Shown: positions 33,367 through 34,751 of the stretch, piece after piece | Layout of the letters: each line of letters opens with the position of its first letter | Numbering within the stretch: position 1 is the first letter of the stretch | Assembly: GCF_001194135.2 (NCBI RefSeq) | Contig: NC_068983.1 | Coordinates: forward strand, 141,151,583-141,186,333 | Direction: 5' to 3' | Source of the DNA: Octopus bimaculoides | Lineage: Eukaryota | DNA length: 34,751 bases | The notes under the pieces: generated by a model | The model's input: only the letters and a program-made list of their open reading frames with translations | The model's database searches: none | What the model was told of the DNA's origin: nothing | Translations under genes and position numbers: made by a program

Positions 33367-33895
33367 GTAATTGCTATCAGTCATGTGCTGTTAAAGATGT
33401 TTTAGCATACCCGTCAGGAACTGAAGATATACCAAAACCAAAAGACCACTTTTATCCCTAAGTTGGTAACAAAGCACGTACGTGTTGTACAAGGCTCACC
33501 AATAGCAATACAGCGATGCATTTACATTTAGCCATATATATAAATACACACATGATGCGAATTAGTAAGTTCTAATACCAAGGCTAATTCTCCTTCTTCT
33601 TCTCAAATATCCGATATTTTCATTCTAAATTAAGTCCCACATATCACCTCTCTTAATCTGTCGCAGGCCACACGTCCAATTTCGCAAAGAAACACAAATT
33701 TCTCAGTCCTTATCTGCAACACATCTACGCTTCCTAGGATACTTTCATTACTACATTTATACCGAAAGGTAATTTATAGGCATATGTAAATTCTGCTATC
33801 TCTGTTTCCCATTTCTTTGACCCGGATTCCAACAATTATTACTTTTAATTTCTCTGTACCAAATCTCTCTACTTCATTCTTTCAAATACATGTCT

Positions 33896-34181
33896 CCTCT
33901 ATCGCAAAAAGAAGAATACATCAGAAAGACAGTATCAGAAGAATATTGCTGTTACAGAAGACTATATGGAGTCCGTCTCACATAACTCTTTCCGATATTC
34001 ATAATATTTAGTTCTTACACAACTACACTCAACACTACCTAAGCATGTTATTATATTTCATATTTAATCATATTACGAACATCCGAATGAGTTATGTGAC
34101 ACGGACTCCATATAGTCTTCTGTAACAACATGATATTCTTCTGATACCTTCTTTTGATGTATTCTTCTTTTTACGATGAGG
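33896..34181. repeat. Long inverted repeat, arms about 112 bp, spacer about 62 bp
   Basis: Arms 33896-34007 and 34070-34181, about 88% complementary by hand alignment, with an exact 27-bp core TGTTACAGAAGACTATATGGAGTCCGT. Confidence 0.93.
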
Positions 34182-34422
34182 TGACTGGTAATATGTAATT
34201 AATTAAATTTAATTATAATTATAATTAATTAATTTAATCTTTTCCATGTTTCTTACATGGCGATACCATTCCAAACGATCGTATGCGTGGATTAAAATTT
34301 TATAAAACTTTTAATATCTTCTCTTGACGTAATTTGTGATAAGGCTGTATCATTTAAATTACAAGCACTATCCATTTGTCCGGTTTTTATACAAGTGCCA
34401 TCATTATTTTCAAATGATGAAA

Positions 34423-34571
34423 GGCGATGAGCTAGTAGAATCGTTTGCACGCTGCGCGAAATGCTTGGCGATATTTCGTTTGCTGCTATGTTCTGAGTTC
34501 TAAATCCGCCGAAGTCCACTTTGTCTTTCATCATTTTGGGCTCGATGAATTAAGTACCAGTGAAACACTGG
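34423..34571 (+). mobile_element. SINE family A, 3'-truncated
   Basis: GGCGATGAGCTAGTAGAATCGTTTGCACGC...GTTCTGAGTTCTAAATCCGCCGAAGTCCACTTTGTCTTTCATC...TAAGTACCAG. Confidence 0.88.
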
Positions 34572-34685
34572 CATCCATGTGAGCGACAATCCAAGAATTA
34601 AAACATACAAGTGTAATAATTGTTTCCTAAGAAATTTAAGTAACACTTAGCTACTTTTATTTCCCCTCGATCTTTCCTAAAAATT

Positions 34686-34687
<2 letters not shown>

Positions 34688-34751
<64 letters not shown>
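34688..34751. repeat. Pure (CA)n microsatellite running to the window end
   Basis: Direct reading. Confidence 0.98.

Noticed and set aside
34196-34240. AT-only near-palindrome AATTAAATTTAATTATAATTATAATTAATTAATTT
   Set aside because: Self-complementarity is expected from an A/T-only low-complexity composition.

Overview
AT-rich eukaryotic (metazoan) genomic DNA from a gapped short-read assembly: six N-gaps, each with a (TA)n or (CA)n tract on at least one side. The SINE families match, from my recollection rather than a search, the abundant tRNA-derived SINEs of Octopus, so a coleoid cephalopod is the likely source. Most of the window is intron/intergenic-type sequence. It holds ten SINE copies or fragments from three families plus one solo 3' tail, decayed non-LTR retrotransposon fragments from three clades (L1/Tx1-like, R4/Dong-like twice, CR1-like) and many microsatellites. 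Nearly all ORFs in the supplied track are artefacts of microsatellites, gaps or LINE debris, and I can identify no intact gene. Several plus-strand segments have good splice signals, and a 738-nt stop-interrupted stretch looks coding. These may mark a spliced non-coding transcript or a decaying gene, but they are low-confidence and could be chance. The most interesting structures are: (1) a TA-embedded ~140-bp element with a minimal type I hammerhead-ribozyme-like fold (8771-8807) carrying one core substitution; (2) a ~112-bp-arm inverted repeat (33896-34181); (3) a CR1-like LINE split by a SINE with an exact 11-bp TSD, whose 3' hairpin tail is shared with a SINE family; (4) a 52-bp near-perfect palindrome inside a split SINE. 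No prokaryotic-type system (CRISPR, operon) is present.
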